Assembly: GCA_000320545.1 (NCBI GenBank)
Contig: ADNK01003179.1
Location: 1 to 64,000 of the forward strand
Length of the DNA: 64,000 nt
Source: Bigelowiella natans CCMP2755
Lineage: Eukaryota; Protista; Cercozoa
Direction of reading: 5' to 3'
Position numbers and translations under genes: made by a program
In this document: in pieces, positions 50,622 through 64,000 of the stretch
Layout: each line of letters begins with the position of its first letter
Position numbering within the stretch: position 1 is the stretch's first letter
Notes under the pieces: model-generated
What the model was told of the DNA's origin: nothing
What the model saw: the letters and a program-made list of their open reading frames with translations, nothing else
Database searches by the model: none

Positions 50622-51378
50622 TCAAGGAGAATCTGGCGGGTTAAAGAGGTTTTGGAGGTCAACGTGTCCCACTTTCGCTATCCGTCTTGCTTTGCGGAGA
50701 TCTTTTAGTATTGTGTCATTTAAACTAAGATTATCCTCATCCCAGCTCACATTATTTCTTCGTCGTATTCTTTCGGTTTCGACCCTGAGTTGTTAAATGT
50801 AGATTGTTGTTGTTTATGTATAAATTTCTGAGTTGTAATCAGAGATTCTTCCACTTCCTATGTATTTACTCAAATAGAACACACGAATGCACACAAACAT
50901 AATACAAAACAGAGTGCAAAAATTCAGGCTCATGAATCAATAAGGTTCAAATGGATTAGAGTGACGAATTATCAGTGATAAATTGACAGTTGCCGTGAAA
51001 TAACAACGTATTTACTCACTTGCCATCGAACAAACCTTAGCATACGTGCAATGTACATGGACAAGATGTCATATAGAACGAAGTATACCTTCTTTCAACA
51101 TCACTTGGTAGCTCATTTTGAATCGCACATACTCCCATTTTATTCTCCTTCGTAGTTCGGCTGTAACTCTTAAATGTTGTTCTTCGTTTTGGATTATGCG
51201 TTAATGCAGAGCAAGCCCTTTCTCGCTTAGGCAGGAGCAAATCCTTCTCCTGTGCCTGGAGCCGACGGCAATGATGGGGAGGAAATCCTAAGAAATCCCC
51301 CTGTATTTCAACTCAAAGACTTACTGCCACAATCCAAAAAAAATGGTAAAAGGCAGCTTTCCGAAAATAACGGATCAT
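50622..51378 (-). CDS. Small hypothetical protein with signal-like and basic transit-like N-terminus; ~4 exons
   Basis: MIRYFRKAAFYHFFWIVA | ...PKRRTTFKSYSR...NELPSDVER | RFVRWQ | EVEESLITTQKF...LQNLFNPPDSP*, joined by GT-AG introns. The first acceptor is ambiguous. Confidence 0.55.
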
Positions 51379-51674
51379 AATTTTAGGCGATAAAAACTAA
51401 ATCCAAATCAAGTGGGAAAACATAGGATGAGACAACAAATGTTAGATGTCGCACAATGAAAAATAAGTCCGTTTGGACAAATATTATAATACGAGAAAGA
51501 CCAGGAGCAGCCATCCAGCCAGTAGCATCATCGCGATACTACTAGATCTGCATGAATAATGCGATGATGGTCTGCACTCACCTCTTCAAATTAATGGGTC
51601 CTCCTGATCATCGAACCACTCATTACCGACGTACAAATGCATTCTCATGGTTCTCTTGTATCCTGCGTAGACAC
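51379..51674. promoter_or_regulatory. Probable bidirectional promoter
   Basis: Divergent ATGs about 300 nt apart; positional inference only. Confidence 0.45.
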
Positions 51675-54452
51675 ATGAGAGGAGATAAAGTGGCAGTAGC
51701 TTCTCGGCAGCTTCGGAGTTTGCCGAATCTTCTTCTCCTTTCCCTTGCGGTGTTTCTCGTTGCGCATCCTCTGTCTAACGTCAAACCTCTCTCCAGAGGC
51801 GGTGGGACATATTTACCTCCCGTTTTTACTACACAATAGTGTACATTATACATATATAGAGGAGACGCTGTACCTACATAATCATTTCGTCGTCGTGTCA
51901 AGACAACGTAGGTCTCTGTCATCGTCATCGTCGCCGTCGCCGTCGCATCTTAGCATCATCATTCGTATCGTCGTTATTTTTGAGAAGTGGATATTCTTAT
52001 AATTGGAGCTGCTGTGTTTAGTATCATCTCGACTTCGAGGCGGGTCGAGAGCGAGAGTTGTGAAGAAGAAGAAGAAGCAAAAATTAGATGTAGGTAAAGA
52101 GTCCTCCTATGACCCGACAACAACGGCAGGATGGATGGGGGGGGCAGCTGATGCCAGGTGCGCTAGCAAAACCACCACAAAACGACATTTTGATGGTTCC
52201 ATTATATCGTCGTCTCATCACCCTAAACGTAACTACATTCTTGGCTCTTCTTCGATATGACGCTACCATTGTCCTTTTCTCAGCAGTGGAGGAGGAGAAC
52301 CCATTCCTAACACCTATTTTGGCCCTGAGTAAGAACAATCTTAAATCTATCAACATCGCCAATCAATTAGAACGTACATGCGTGTGTTTGTGCGTGTGCA
52401 TTAAATCAATACATAATGAATATGTGCATCAAGCAATATCTACATTCTGTAGTGCGAAAAATCCACGTAAGACCACCACCTGGACGACGTGTCAAAAAGA
52501 GAAATGATGAAATAACGTTCTACGCCTGGACAACGTGTCAAAAAGAGAAATGATGAAATAATGTTCTACGCCTTATCAATTATAACTCTGGTATCATCAT
52601 AACACAGCGCCATGCGCATTTTGAAGGACAAATCGAAGTGGAAGCCGAAAAAGGTACTAAACCAAAAGATAATACAATACACATCCAATTCTATTATGTA
52701 AGGTGATAGTGGTGATGACATACTAGGATCTGTATGCTCTATTTGTCCCCCTCCATTAATAATGTAGATTGATTTGGATATGGCCTTTGGAATGGATATC
52801 TCTCATTTGATAGGTTATTCTCTAGATAACATAAGAGTATCAATTACTACCTTTGCCTGCTTATTATTGTTGGTGCTGCTGCTGCTTTATGTGCGCCTCT
52901 TCCTCCCTCTCCTCATCTTCCTCTACCATTACTGTTACTGCTACTGCTACAACCTTTCTCCTAATACTGCTCTTTTATGGATCTTTCTCCTACATTTCCG
53001 TGTCCTCTTCTTCTTATTATTATTTGTCATCATAGAGCAGCTGTCACTATCAATTTACATCATGTTACTCAAAGTAGTATCTTCTTCAATGCTGCACTAC
53101 AATTGGCAGCAAGGAGAATCACAATCATCACCACGTTGTTATCACATATAGCAAAATTTTATTCGTTCTTCTTATACTTTGTCGTCCTAGGAATCGAGGA
53201 GCTTTCTGAAGATAATGCGATGAAAATGCTCACTGACGATATACATCCTGGTCCCCCTCCTTCCTCTTCTTCTTCTTCTTCTTCTTATTCCCTAAGACGT
53301 TGTTACCCTACAAAAGCTCCTGTCTTATCCCATCTCTTGCCTCATAATATGTCATTCTCTCTTGAAACTTGCCTCTTCAAATTGCTCCGGCCTTTGTTGT
53401 TTTCGCATTGTTTCATGTGCCCGCATCGTGTCTTTCCTTTGCTTTCCATCTTTTTCTTGATCATCATTATTATCAATATTGTTGTTTGTTGGAAGGAGCG
53501 ACCTCAAGGCATATGCGGCAATATGATAATAATAATAAAGTTCATTACACAGGCTTTTCACTACATGTGAAGCAGGTATGTGATTGTAGTAGTAGTAGTA
53601 GTAGTAGTAGTAGTGCAAGGAGAAGAGGAGGAGAAGAAGGGAGGGGACCATCTGCTTATTTATATACTCTTAACGCCCCCCCCCCTTCATACCTCAATAA
53701 AATAGAACCTGTCGAGGCCGGAGGGAGTACCGAATTCGCTCGTTCTTGAGTATATTAACGAAGGTGGGGAAGTGATCGGAATGAACAACAGTGTCTCATC
53801 AAGGAGGCAGCAGCAGCAGCAATCGGCAATAATATCAAAGAATAAAGCATATGGCACCTCATCAACGACAAATAATGATGTGTATGGGAGAGTTGGTGAT
53901 TCTCACCATCAAGAAACAACAACAACAACTACTACTGCTAATACTGATAAAAATATTCTGGTGCCTGATATTCACACCCTCGCTGACGATGGGGTTGAGG
54001 TCTTGACCGTCACCAGAGAAGGAGGAGAAAAAGGAGAGGGGGGAAGGAAGGAGAGCGATGGAGAAGAAGAAAAGGATGATGGTGATAATGATGATGATGA
54101 TGTTGATGATGAAGAAGATGATAATGGGCATCAAAAGGAAGAACAAAAGATAAAGAAAAGGCTGCGAGATGAGTTTAGCACGGAGGAGAAAGATGATGAG
54201 GATTATGATAGCAGTACTGATGATAACTTAAATGATGATAATTCCGAGAATGGTGGTGTTGGAAGAGGGGAAAGTGATGAATATACTACTCCGCAAAAGA
54301 AGAGAGAAAAGGAAGATAAGACGACTACGACTACTACTTCCAAGAAAAGAAAAGCACAATATCATTACTGCTGTGCCAACGAAGAAGAATTATCTCAGTA
54401 TGATTCTCTTGGAACAACAGAATCAAGAGAATCGAGACGACATCATGCTAAC

Positions 54453-54485
<33 letters not shown>

Positions 54486-55291
54486 GATAGCAGTGATGAT
54501 GATCATGATGATAAGGAGAGGAATGATAATAATGATAACAATCCTTGGGTTCAAATTGGGTTGAAAGCTAAGATCGCTACAACTCTTACGGTATTGATTA
54601 ATTCAAACACAGATCATTGCTGTTATATTAACAGTTATACTTGTCATGTTTGTTACTACTATTTCATTCTTATTCTTATTATTCTTCAGAATACATTGGG
54701 ATTTAATCACCCGACACAGATACAGAAACAGTGCATACCACCGGTAACAACAACAACAACAACAACAATAACATGCTGCTGCTACTAGCAAAGTATGTGT
54801 TTGCAAGTTTTGAAATCATTCCATCCATGGAGATACTGCTTGTTCTTCCTGTTGTTCTTCTCCTCCTCCTCCTCCTCCTCCTCCTCCTCTAACTACTACT
54901 ACTACTACTGCTACGACGACTACTACGATAACGACTACTACTACTACTACAACAACAACAACAACAACAAGCACACGCATCTGTACCCCCTCTCCTATTG
55001 TTCTTCTTCTTGGTGTAGTGAATTAATGCATGGATGATAACGTTTCACATGATAATATTAAAAATAATAGTAATGATAATACAGGCTATAGCTGGTAAGG
55101 ACGTTCTTGGTGCAGCACAGACAGGTGCTATGCTGGTTAATGCACATGTGTGCATCCTTCTTCTTCATTTTTTATCCTTCTTCTTCTTCTTCTTCTTCTT
55201 CTTCTTCTTCTTCGCAACCTTCATCTCAATCTCTTTGTGCTATCATGCAGCAAAGTTTTTGTGTGCTTTACCATTTATTACTACTCCGTAT

Positions 55292-55333
<42 letters not shown>

Positions 55334-57499
55334 TGAAAGGATCTGGAAAGACTCTTGCGTTTGGTCTCCCATTGCTTCATAATTTGATGATGAAGAAGAA
55401 AAAGGACATACAAGAAGACGCAAACAGCGAGAACAGAATAGATGGAAGAGGGGGTAGGAAACACGGCCTTAAAGCGCTCATTCTTGCACCAACACGTGAG
55501 TTGGCATTACAGGTTGCACAGCATCTACAAAAGGTAAATGATGATTGATTACGACAACAATGAAGCAGCAGCACGTATTCTTGAATGATGGTGATGAGAT
55601 GATGATAGTGACGATATGTCCTCACCTCAAGACGGATAATAGTGTGATGACGACGAAGACGCCAATGCTCTCCACATAGAACCATAAAGTGGCAAGATTC
55701 CGATGTGTGTGGGATAGTATTACAGAAGTAGTCATGCTGCATATATATCATCATTATTTGAACCATCATCCTGTTGTCGTTGTCGTGATAAATTGGATAG
55801 GTCGCAAAGGAGATACCAAACTCCCCAATCATCCATCCTTTTGTGGTATGCATATATGCATGTACGATAACAACAATGCGCCTGATTTCTTGCTGCTGTA
55901 GATAACAGAAAAAACATCATCATCACCTTCAATGAGCACTATCAAAACAACAAATAATATATTCGTTTGGCATAGGGCGGTATATCCCAGCAAAAGCAGG
56001 ATCGATTCCTTCGCAAAAGACCTGAAATTATTGTTGCGACACCAGGTCGTTATAACACGTTGGGAGGAAGATAAATGTTTTGCAATGTGTTGTTGTTATT
56101 CACTTGACGCTACACTGTTGTTTGTTTCTCCAATGTATATTACTACTACAACTGCTCAACGATGAAATAATGATGTTGTTACTATTAGGGCGACTATGGG
56201 AATTGATGACTAAGGAGGATGATCATAGTAATAACAACAATACCACCACCACCACCAGCAGCAGCAGCAGCAGTAGTAGTGCACGTAATCGCCGCAATGG
56301 AGGGTCTTCCTCGACGAATGCTGCATATTTACGAGATTTATCACAGGTATTAGCTTCCAATAAGTGTGTGCTTATGTCATCATTTTCATCAAACTACTAC
56401 TACTACTACTACTACTACCACTACACTACTTTATGAGGACATTGAACAACTAGATAATATTCCATCATGACAACAAGGACAACGACACTGGTCAACTATA
56501 TATCGTTATTACTAGCTTGAAATATAAACTAACCAACAAGGTGGAAAGCATTGTGATCGACGAAGCAGACAGGATGTTAAAAGAGGTGCGTGCTAGTAGT
56601 AGTACTAAATTATTAGGACATGTACGATTTTCACAAGTAACGTCACCATACAATAAGCATGATCACACAGTAGTTGTAGGTCATTATCCTCCTCTTCCGT
56701 CGTAATTTGTTCGAATGGATGAATACAACGCTATGCGCGCGTGTGTGTGTGTGTACGTCATCGTCATTACATGCAGGGTCAATTTGCAGAGATGACTAGA
56801 CTCCTAGTGGCTCTGTTTGATCGGCAAACGATTGGAACAAAGCTCAGAAAAATTGCGTCACGGGGGGGAGGGTATGATGAGTTTGAAAGAAGAATACGGA
56901 AAAAGAATGGAAGGAAGGGGTCAACAAACTCCAAGGTTAAGAGAAGCACCGACAAGGACAATGATCTCGATGGTATTATTAATATGATGATGATGGTGAT
57001 GATGATGATGATGTGAGATAATATATTATCTTGTGAATGTGCATGTTTATACATATGTGTTTTATGCGTAGTACCATATTCAATACAAGAGGAGAAAAGG
57101 GGGGGGGGGGATATGAGAGAGGGTGGTAGGAAACGAACGTTGGTTTCATTCATTAGTTTTTCAAGTTGTCGGTGCTTTCTTAAATTTGGTTTTGATGGTG
57201 AGAATGTTAATATTCATTCCATCGTCATCATCATCATCATCATCATCATGATCACTGTGATCATTGATATTCATTCTTCAGAGAGCTTGCGTCAGTTCCG
57301 TAAGAATACGATTCCTAGGAGGGATTCGATCCAAATAAGGTAATAGACCAACATATTACACATACACACACACAATCACAATCACAATCACACACTCACA
57401 CACACTCACACTCGCCCTGGTTGCTGCAGTGTATTTTCCGCAACGTTGACTCTTCCTCAGAGCTTACGAGAACGTACAGATCGAAACAAGGTGAATGAG

Positions 57500-57539
<40 letters not shown>

Positions 57540-58392
57540 CGCCTTTTGTACTTGTTTAATATGCGTCTCCTTCTATAGGGAGGCCATACTGGAACATCAA
57601 ATCTTGAAGATATAATCGATCTGCTACCATTCTCTAAGTAATTAATGCCGATAATGCCTATAATCGAAGAAAGGAAGAAATATATACCATAAACAACATA
57701 TAATCTTTAATGATGATGATGATGATGATGAGGATGATACAGTTCTCCTCCTCGGTATATATTATTAAGATATTGCTGCTTGCGGTAGTTTGCAAATTTG
57801 TGCATTCAAACAGAATTTATTACAGTATTTTTTCTATTCTTTATTTGAAGTTAAATGATAGTCTCCTATTTGTACTGATATGAAACACATCGGAACCAGA
57901 CGCCCCTTCATTAGTGATCTTACACCGTCTATATACTTACCTGATGGGATACGAGAATATCGACTTAAATGTGAAGATGAATTTCATCGAGATGCACAAA
58001 TCTATGCGTTGTTGCTGAAAGGAGGAGGGAGAGAAGGAGGCAAAAGTATTACCAGTAGTGTAGTACCAAACACAGCAGCTAAAGATGGCCGTTTTGATGA
58101 TGTGTTATAAACACTTGTTGTATATGCGATGATAGCAGCAGCCACAAGACTACTACTACTACTACTACTACTACTACATTTGATATATGCTGCGAGAAAA
58201 CAATCATCATCATCATCATCATCATCATCACCTTTGATGTTAGATTCTTCGAGCACCGTTGTCGCCAGGCAGAAAGGCGATGACGATGACGATCACAATA
58301 GAGGAGAAATGAAAAGGACCATTATCTTCGTCAATGCGGTGCTCTTAATATATAAATATGTGCATGCATGTGTGCTCTTAGTAAGTGTGTGT

Positions 58393-58427
<35 letters not shown>

Positions 58428-59590
58428 TTGTAACTCCGGAGAGAAAGAGAGAATTGAATCTGCTGGGTGATAGTTTATCGGAAGATTTCTCGTCTTTATT
58501 CTCTTCCCTACTACCCCTCACTATTAACTATGCTGTTCTTTCTCTCTCTTTCTCTCTCTCTCTCTCCCCCTCCCTCCCTCCCCCTCTTCTCTCTTCTTCC
58601 AGATATCATCCGCAAAGAGACTTGGGGCTATACTAAAGCACCTACTACCAGATAGAGCTTTTGTTCTTCATGCTAGGCAGCAGCAAAGGTGGTGCTCCGA
58701 CATTTCACCATGGGCAGCCAGGGGGGTTATCATGCTTGGTTGTATGTCGTCGTAATAGCTTGTCCTCAACTCCTCCTCCTCCTCCTCCTCCTCCTCCTCC
58801 TCCTCCTCCTCCCCCACCTCCACAAAAAATATAGGCAGCGTCTTAAGGCTCTAGATCGATTTCGAAAGACAGAAAATGGTACACCTGTCATGTGATAGAG
58901 GAGGAGGAGCTTTCTCTTCTATATGCTACTTCTTTGTGCTTGTTCTTCTTCATCATCATCACATGATAATGCACACACTATTCGTACGATAGGAATACTG
59001 ATCGCCACAGATGTCGCTGCAAGGGGCCTTGATATACCAGCTGTATCCCATGTAGTAATCAATTTAGATTGTAATACCACGACGATGATGATATCTGTTT
59101 GATAATCTATATCGTTGTGTCCTCATGCTCATAATTAATAACTCACACCAAACCCTGTTGCTTCTGTAATAATAGGTCATCCATTATCAGCTTCCGGCAA
59201 GCGGAGAAATGTAACAATTTGCAAAATCATATAATTCAAAGCAGTCAATCTCCCCCTTTGAGTATCTTCCTCCTTCCTTCTTTCCTTTATAACCATTAAT
59301 TACCTTTACAAATACTATTATCCCCTGCCCTCCCTCCTCCTCCTCATCCTCCTCCTCCTCCTCACAAAGGTATATCCATCGTTCTGGAAGAACAGCACGC
59401 ATGTACGAGCACGGGACAGTCATTTCAGGTTGATGAGTAAGAGATGAGAAGTACATGAAATAACACCACCAGGAACAAATACGGAGAAGAAGAAGAAGAA
59501 GAAGAAGAAGAAGATGATGATGATGATGACAAAACCAAACAAAGACATGCACAAACAGAACTCAACGCTTACAAAGTTTTATCACACACA

Positions 59591-59627
<37 letters not shown>

Positions 59628-59927
59628 CAACAACAACAACAAATACTACTACTACTGCTACTACTTATTCTCCCAACAGTGGTGCTCGATGGAGATAGAA
59701 GACAATACAAAAAGCTACGCATAGAGCAATTGAGGGCGCAGGGGGAAGAAGGAAAAGACGATAGCGAGGAGGAGGAGGAGGAGAGGCAGCAGCAGCAGAA
59801 GAAGAAGAAGAAGAAGAAGAATAAACATATGATGAGGGGATTATCAAGAAAATCGTCAGGACCTCCACTACCTCCCTACCTTCGATTACAACGTACGTAA
59901 GCATAACTAGTATTATTACCACGACTG

Positions 59928-59966
<39 letters not shown>

Positions 59967-59974
59967 TTTACACA

Positions 59975-60033
<59 letters not shown>

Positions 60034-60806
60034 GCACACTCGATGATAGTACGATCATAGTTTTTCTAATTCTTCTTGAATTCTTCATCTACCGAGCAGC
60101 AAGGGTAGAGGTGGGGGCAATGCGCGTGTGGAAGCTCGCAGCCCAGCTTGATCTGGTGATAATAGAGAGATATATGGAGTATAGACACCAAACATGTCAT
60201 CTTATAAATGTGGTGATAAGGATTTTCTCTAAGACTTACTTCTCATCAATTTAGCAATAAAATCTTTTGCTTGTGTAATAAATAATAATAACACTTTAAG
60301 CTCGATCACAGGATCCGTAAGCGCGCGGCAGATAAAGGTAGAAGAGGTTTCCACTCTCTGCAATGTACTCTTCTGTAGATCTACGACGGCATATCATCGT
60401 CATTGGGAAGGGAGGGGGCTGCTTGTGGCCATCATCATGACGTTTTGGATATTCCAATATCACCATCTCCGCAAATCAAAAGAATTTAGTCAAAACATGC
60501 TGCCGGGAGAAAGAGTTACACTTTTAGTTGAAAGCATCTACGTTATGTATGCACCAATTATCGTATGAGACATTAAAAAACTTTTTTTTTTCTGCTAGCT
60601 ACTACTGCATCCATCCGAAGGCAAGCGGGCCTTTCGAGGGAGAGTGATGACAGCGACGAAAAGGAGAATAAGGAAGTTGACCTGGTAAATTTCTCTCTTT
60701 TTTCCGTTCTCAAGTAAAATTGAGTGATTGTGCTATACCCTTTTGATGGCGAAAGAAAAAGAAGAAGAAGAAGAAGAAGAAGAAGAAGAAAATATGATTG
60801 GTTTTG

Positions 60807-60851
<45 letters not shown>

Positions 60852-60996
60852 CTCACCATTTTCTGGACATTGCTTTACTGCAGGAGAAGAAGGCAGAAAC
60901 AATACTTGCGAGCGTACGTTCAAAGATGTGGATGGACTATCATCCATCCAAACGAATATTTCCATGCCACAAACACCTATATTCATAAATATATAA

Positions 60997-61049
<53 letters not shown>

Positions 61050-61604
61050 GTGTGTGTGTGTGTGCGCGCGCGCGCGTGTGTTTGTTACTACTCATCTACC
61101 CGTTAATTAAATAATACGATTCAAAACAACACCTTAGGCGAAGGCTAGAGGGCGAAACAGGTTGAATAACGAAGATGCTAACTTTGTGGCTAAGGTCGGT
61201 CGTAGAGAAAGTAGAGTATTAGTACTATGCCAGTTTATGCAGATATCTTTCTACTGCATTTCGAGTAATAATTGCCCGAAACAGTAATAAATAATGCATA
61301 TATCAGCAGCCAAAAATGGTAAGAATACAGAGAATATGAATTCAAAGTTGACGTATGTGTATGTATCTATATGATGCTTGTGTGCTATTAAATTAATTTA
61401 CAATGCTGAGTGGTGTATGTATTCATACTGTAATAAGGTACTGGCTCGAGAAGCAGGGGGCGAAGGCAAAGAGACTGTTGATGATAACGAGTACTTGCTG
61501 CAACAACATCAGTCGTTTATCTCCGTGCATGTTTGCTATAATAATTCGTGAAAAATGGACAATGAAGGGAAACAGAAAATTATTTGCGATGAACGATTGC
61601 CTAA

Positions 61605-61643
<39 letters not shown>

Positions 61644-61894
61644 TTATTCGTAGCACATGCAATCAAATCGTGCAAATATTCATCATACATGTACTGTCAT
61701 GATAAAGGCGAAAGGAGCGGAAGATCCTACACGCAAAGCTCCAAAACATGCTCAAAAATCCACTCGAATCCGTCGGAGAGCAGACGAAGCGTAGGCCTAT
61801 ACTCAACACCGTTGTTCAACGAGAGCTCAGGAAAAGAGCCAAAAGAGAAAGACGAAAGCACAGCCGACAGCAGCAGCAAAAAATGCGAAAATGA
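51675..61894 (+). CDS. DDX24: DEAD-box RNA helicase of the DDX24/MAK5 family with N-terminal signal peptide and RLRGG motif; many small exons
   Basis: Q motif [13 protein letters not shown]|[31 protein letters not shown]|[60 protein letters not shown]; N-terminal WK...GIEEL; stop TGA at 61892-61894. Confidence 0.9.
52479..52570. repeat. 46-nt tandem duplication, probably intronic
   Basis: CCTGGAC(G/A)ACGTGTCAAAAAGAGAAATGATGAAATAA(C/T)GTTCTACG at 52479 and 52525. Confidence 0.9.
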
Positions 61895-62049
61895 TGAAAG
61901 CATCGCATGTGGACGCCAATCTTGTCCTCTCGCGCATGAGCCATTGCTGTTGAGTAAGATCAAAGTCGTAAATTCAGATTCGGGTAGCCCTTTCGAATGC
62001 GTATATTCCAAGCGCAATCCTTTTGCTTTTGAACCACAATAACCGTTTG

Positions 62050-62950
62050 TTTTCACTCAGCCATCATCGCATAGCTCTGTGTCTAGCGCTAGCCATCGTG
62101 TCGCGCGTGCGCAGCATATGTCGTCGTTTAGTTTTCATTAGGCAGATGTATATCAACGTGTCATGTGGCAAAAAACGCAGTCACTGTCACAGCTAGACAG
62201 TCTTTCTAGCTTTGTGTGTGCGGCTGGAGTGCATCTCGTCATTTACATTATGTATTTGATTCTGTTACCAATGATGGCAGTTACTAGTAGGTTATACGTC
62301 TAAATGCGCCTGCACGAATGAGGTGCACAACACGTTGCACTGTGCAAGCTATGTGTGTAATAATGTGATTGATGTGGCGCTGGTGAACAGCAGCAGATGC
62401 AAGACATGATGCAATGGTCTATGGGTGCAACACACATCGCATACACAACACACGGACAAATGCTAAACTCATCTGCCGTTTTATCGTTGGGGTTGTAGCA
62501 CAGCGCAAGCTGGACGGAATCACAAGATGCGCCGCCTGCATTGCTACCTACGCTACTAACGAGCAATCATTGTGCACTGCTGGTCTTGCTTGTAGTGTGT
62601 GCGGTGTGCAACGCACATCATTAGCAACACTATGAAGTTGATGATGACTAGATGACACAATGTACACATTTAATGTAAGGCAGCAACAAGCGCAATAATG
62701 AGTACCGCGATCGTGTATACTTTGCTTATTTGTTGTGCCTAGTCCCTGGCTGTGTTACCTGCTATCTTCATTCATTCTTGAAGATCTCTGCATCGCAGGA
62801 CCAAGCGGTACCAGCGTCCGCATTTGAATAATAGATCACATGTAAGACATCATTTTCATACCTCATCTAAGTGCTATCAAGATATGCTGTAATATCGTTC
62901 TCATGAACAACGTTGCAAAACCCATGCTACGTACAGTGGCGCTGTCAGGC
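62050..62950. other. Tail-to-tail intergenic tract with alternating purine-pyrimidine signature
   Basis: TCTAGCGCTAGC, GCTAGAC and TGCA/CACA/GCGC words between the DDX24 3' end and the next minus-strand gene. Confidence 0.7.
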
Positions 62951-62959
62951 TATACATCA

Positions 62960-63774
62960 TTAATCTTCTCTCCTTTGCATTTTTTTCTTCTTTTTCTTCC
63001 GTTTCCTCTTCTTTATTGTCTTTTCCAGTGCATCATCGGTGGTTAATACGTCATTATCCCCCATTGGAACGTCCGCTTTCTTCCGTTTGTTTGATTTCTT
63101 TTTGACATTTTTTCTCTCTTTGGCTGTCATCAGGACCTCCTCGTTTGTTGATGCCTTTGCTTGCTGCTTACGATTGTGATTTCCTTTCACATTTTTGTTC
63201 TTGTCAATCCTGCTACCGCTGCTGCTGCTATCACCGAGGACTGCTTCTTCTCCATCGTTATCATCACCACTATAATCATTCTCATCATCTCTAAATTTTG
63301 TTTCCGCAGTATTCCGCTGCTTGTTTTTGCTGTTAGCTGAATCTGAGCCGTTGGTTCAACAGGAGCACAGCATTTTATGGTATAAATATCCGTGGAGTAG
63401 TAGTATCAAATTATGTGCACGTACATGTCCGTAAGTGATAACATTCGTGCGTGTGTGTGTGTGTGTGTGTGTGTGCGTGTGTGTGCGTGCGTGTGCAGCG
63501 CGTGTGCGAATGTGTGTGCAGTATATATTTTCATGTTTCTATTGCATCAAAAACCTGCCTCGTCCACCTCCTCCTCCTCCTCCTCCTCCTGATCTGAAAC
63601 GAAGAAAGAGTCTCCTTGCGCATCTTCTTCGTCATCGCTATTGCTAGTTTTTCCCGGCCTCTGATTTGTTGCTATAGCGACACCAGTCAACTTTTTGCTT
63701 ACATTATTCCTACTGCTTTCTCGTCGTTCGCTTCCTCCAGAGTCAGCAGTTCCCCCATGTATCATCGTGCGCAT
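62960..63774 (-). CDS. 3' exons of a gene probably continuing beyond the window; acidic and Lys-rich tail typical of nucleolar proteins
   Basis: ...[28 protein letters not shown] | DSANSKNKQ...KKRKRKKKKKKMQRRED*, separated by a (CA)n-containing intron. Confidence 0.6.
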
Positions 63775-64000
63775 CTTATATCTAGATAAAACGACAAATC
63801 AAACAGTAGATAAAACGACAAATCAAACAGTAATGTGCAGTATGATGTATATAGATCTTCGTTGAAGTGTGTGCGTGTGTGTCGTGCGTGCATCGTGCGT
63901 GCATCGTGCGTGCATCGTGCGTATATTTCATCTACATCCGCTTAGCATGCTCCTCGCTGACGCCTCCATTTGGATACAGCGACACGTACTTGTAGCCCTT

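Noticed and set aside
51301-51324. 24-nt nucleomorph-like ultrasmall intron
   Set aside because: In-frame acceptors giving 69- or 75-nt introns are equally possible; not decidable from sequence.

Overview
Eukaryotic nuclear DNA from an intron-rich alga with a secondary plastid. Several genes carry signal-peptide plus transit-peptide leaders and one has an RLRGG leader, which fits a chlorarachniophyte (Bigelowiella-like); this taxonomy is inference only. Host genes assembled by hand across introns: a plastid-type NOG1-like GTPase, Tudor-SN, a BTB protein, a tiny Tat-routed thylakoid-lumen protein, an ABCA transporter with about 68 exons and microsatellite-filled introns, 3-hydroxybutyrate dehydrogenase, RIT1, a signal-peptide-bearing DDX24/MAK5 helicase and several hypothetical genes. 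From 3.4 kb onward the genes alternate strand almost perfectly. The first ~3 kb is intronless and virus-like, with a kelch-repeat gene whose DNA scaffold is nearly invariant while two surface loops are hypervariable. The most unusual signals are compositional. A 644-nt block (49118-49761) contains no TpA dinucleotide at all, and each tail-to-tail spacer shows a CTAG-rich, purine-pyrimidine-alternating signature. Together they suggest a context-specific TpA->TpG/CpA hypermutation process, the reverse of RIP. Exon boundaries and counts are manual and approximate.
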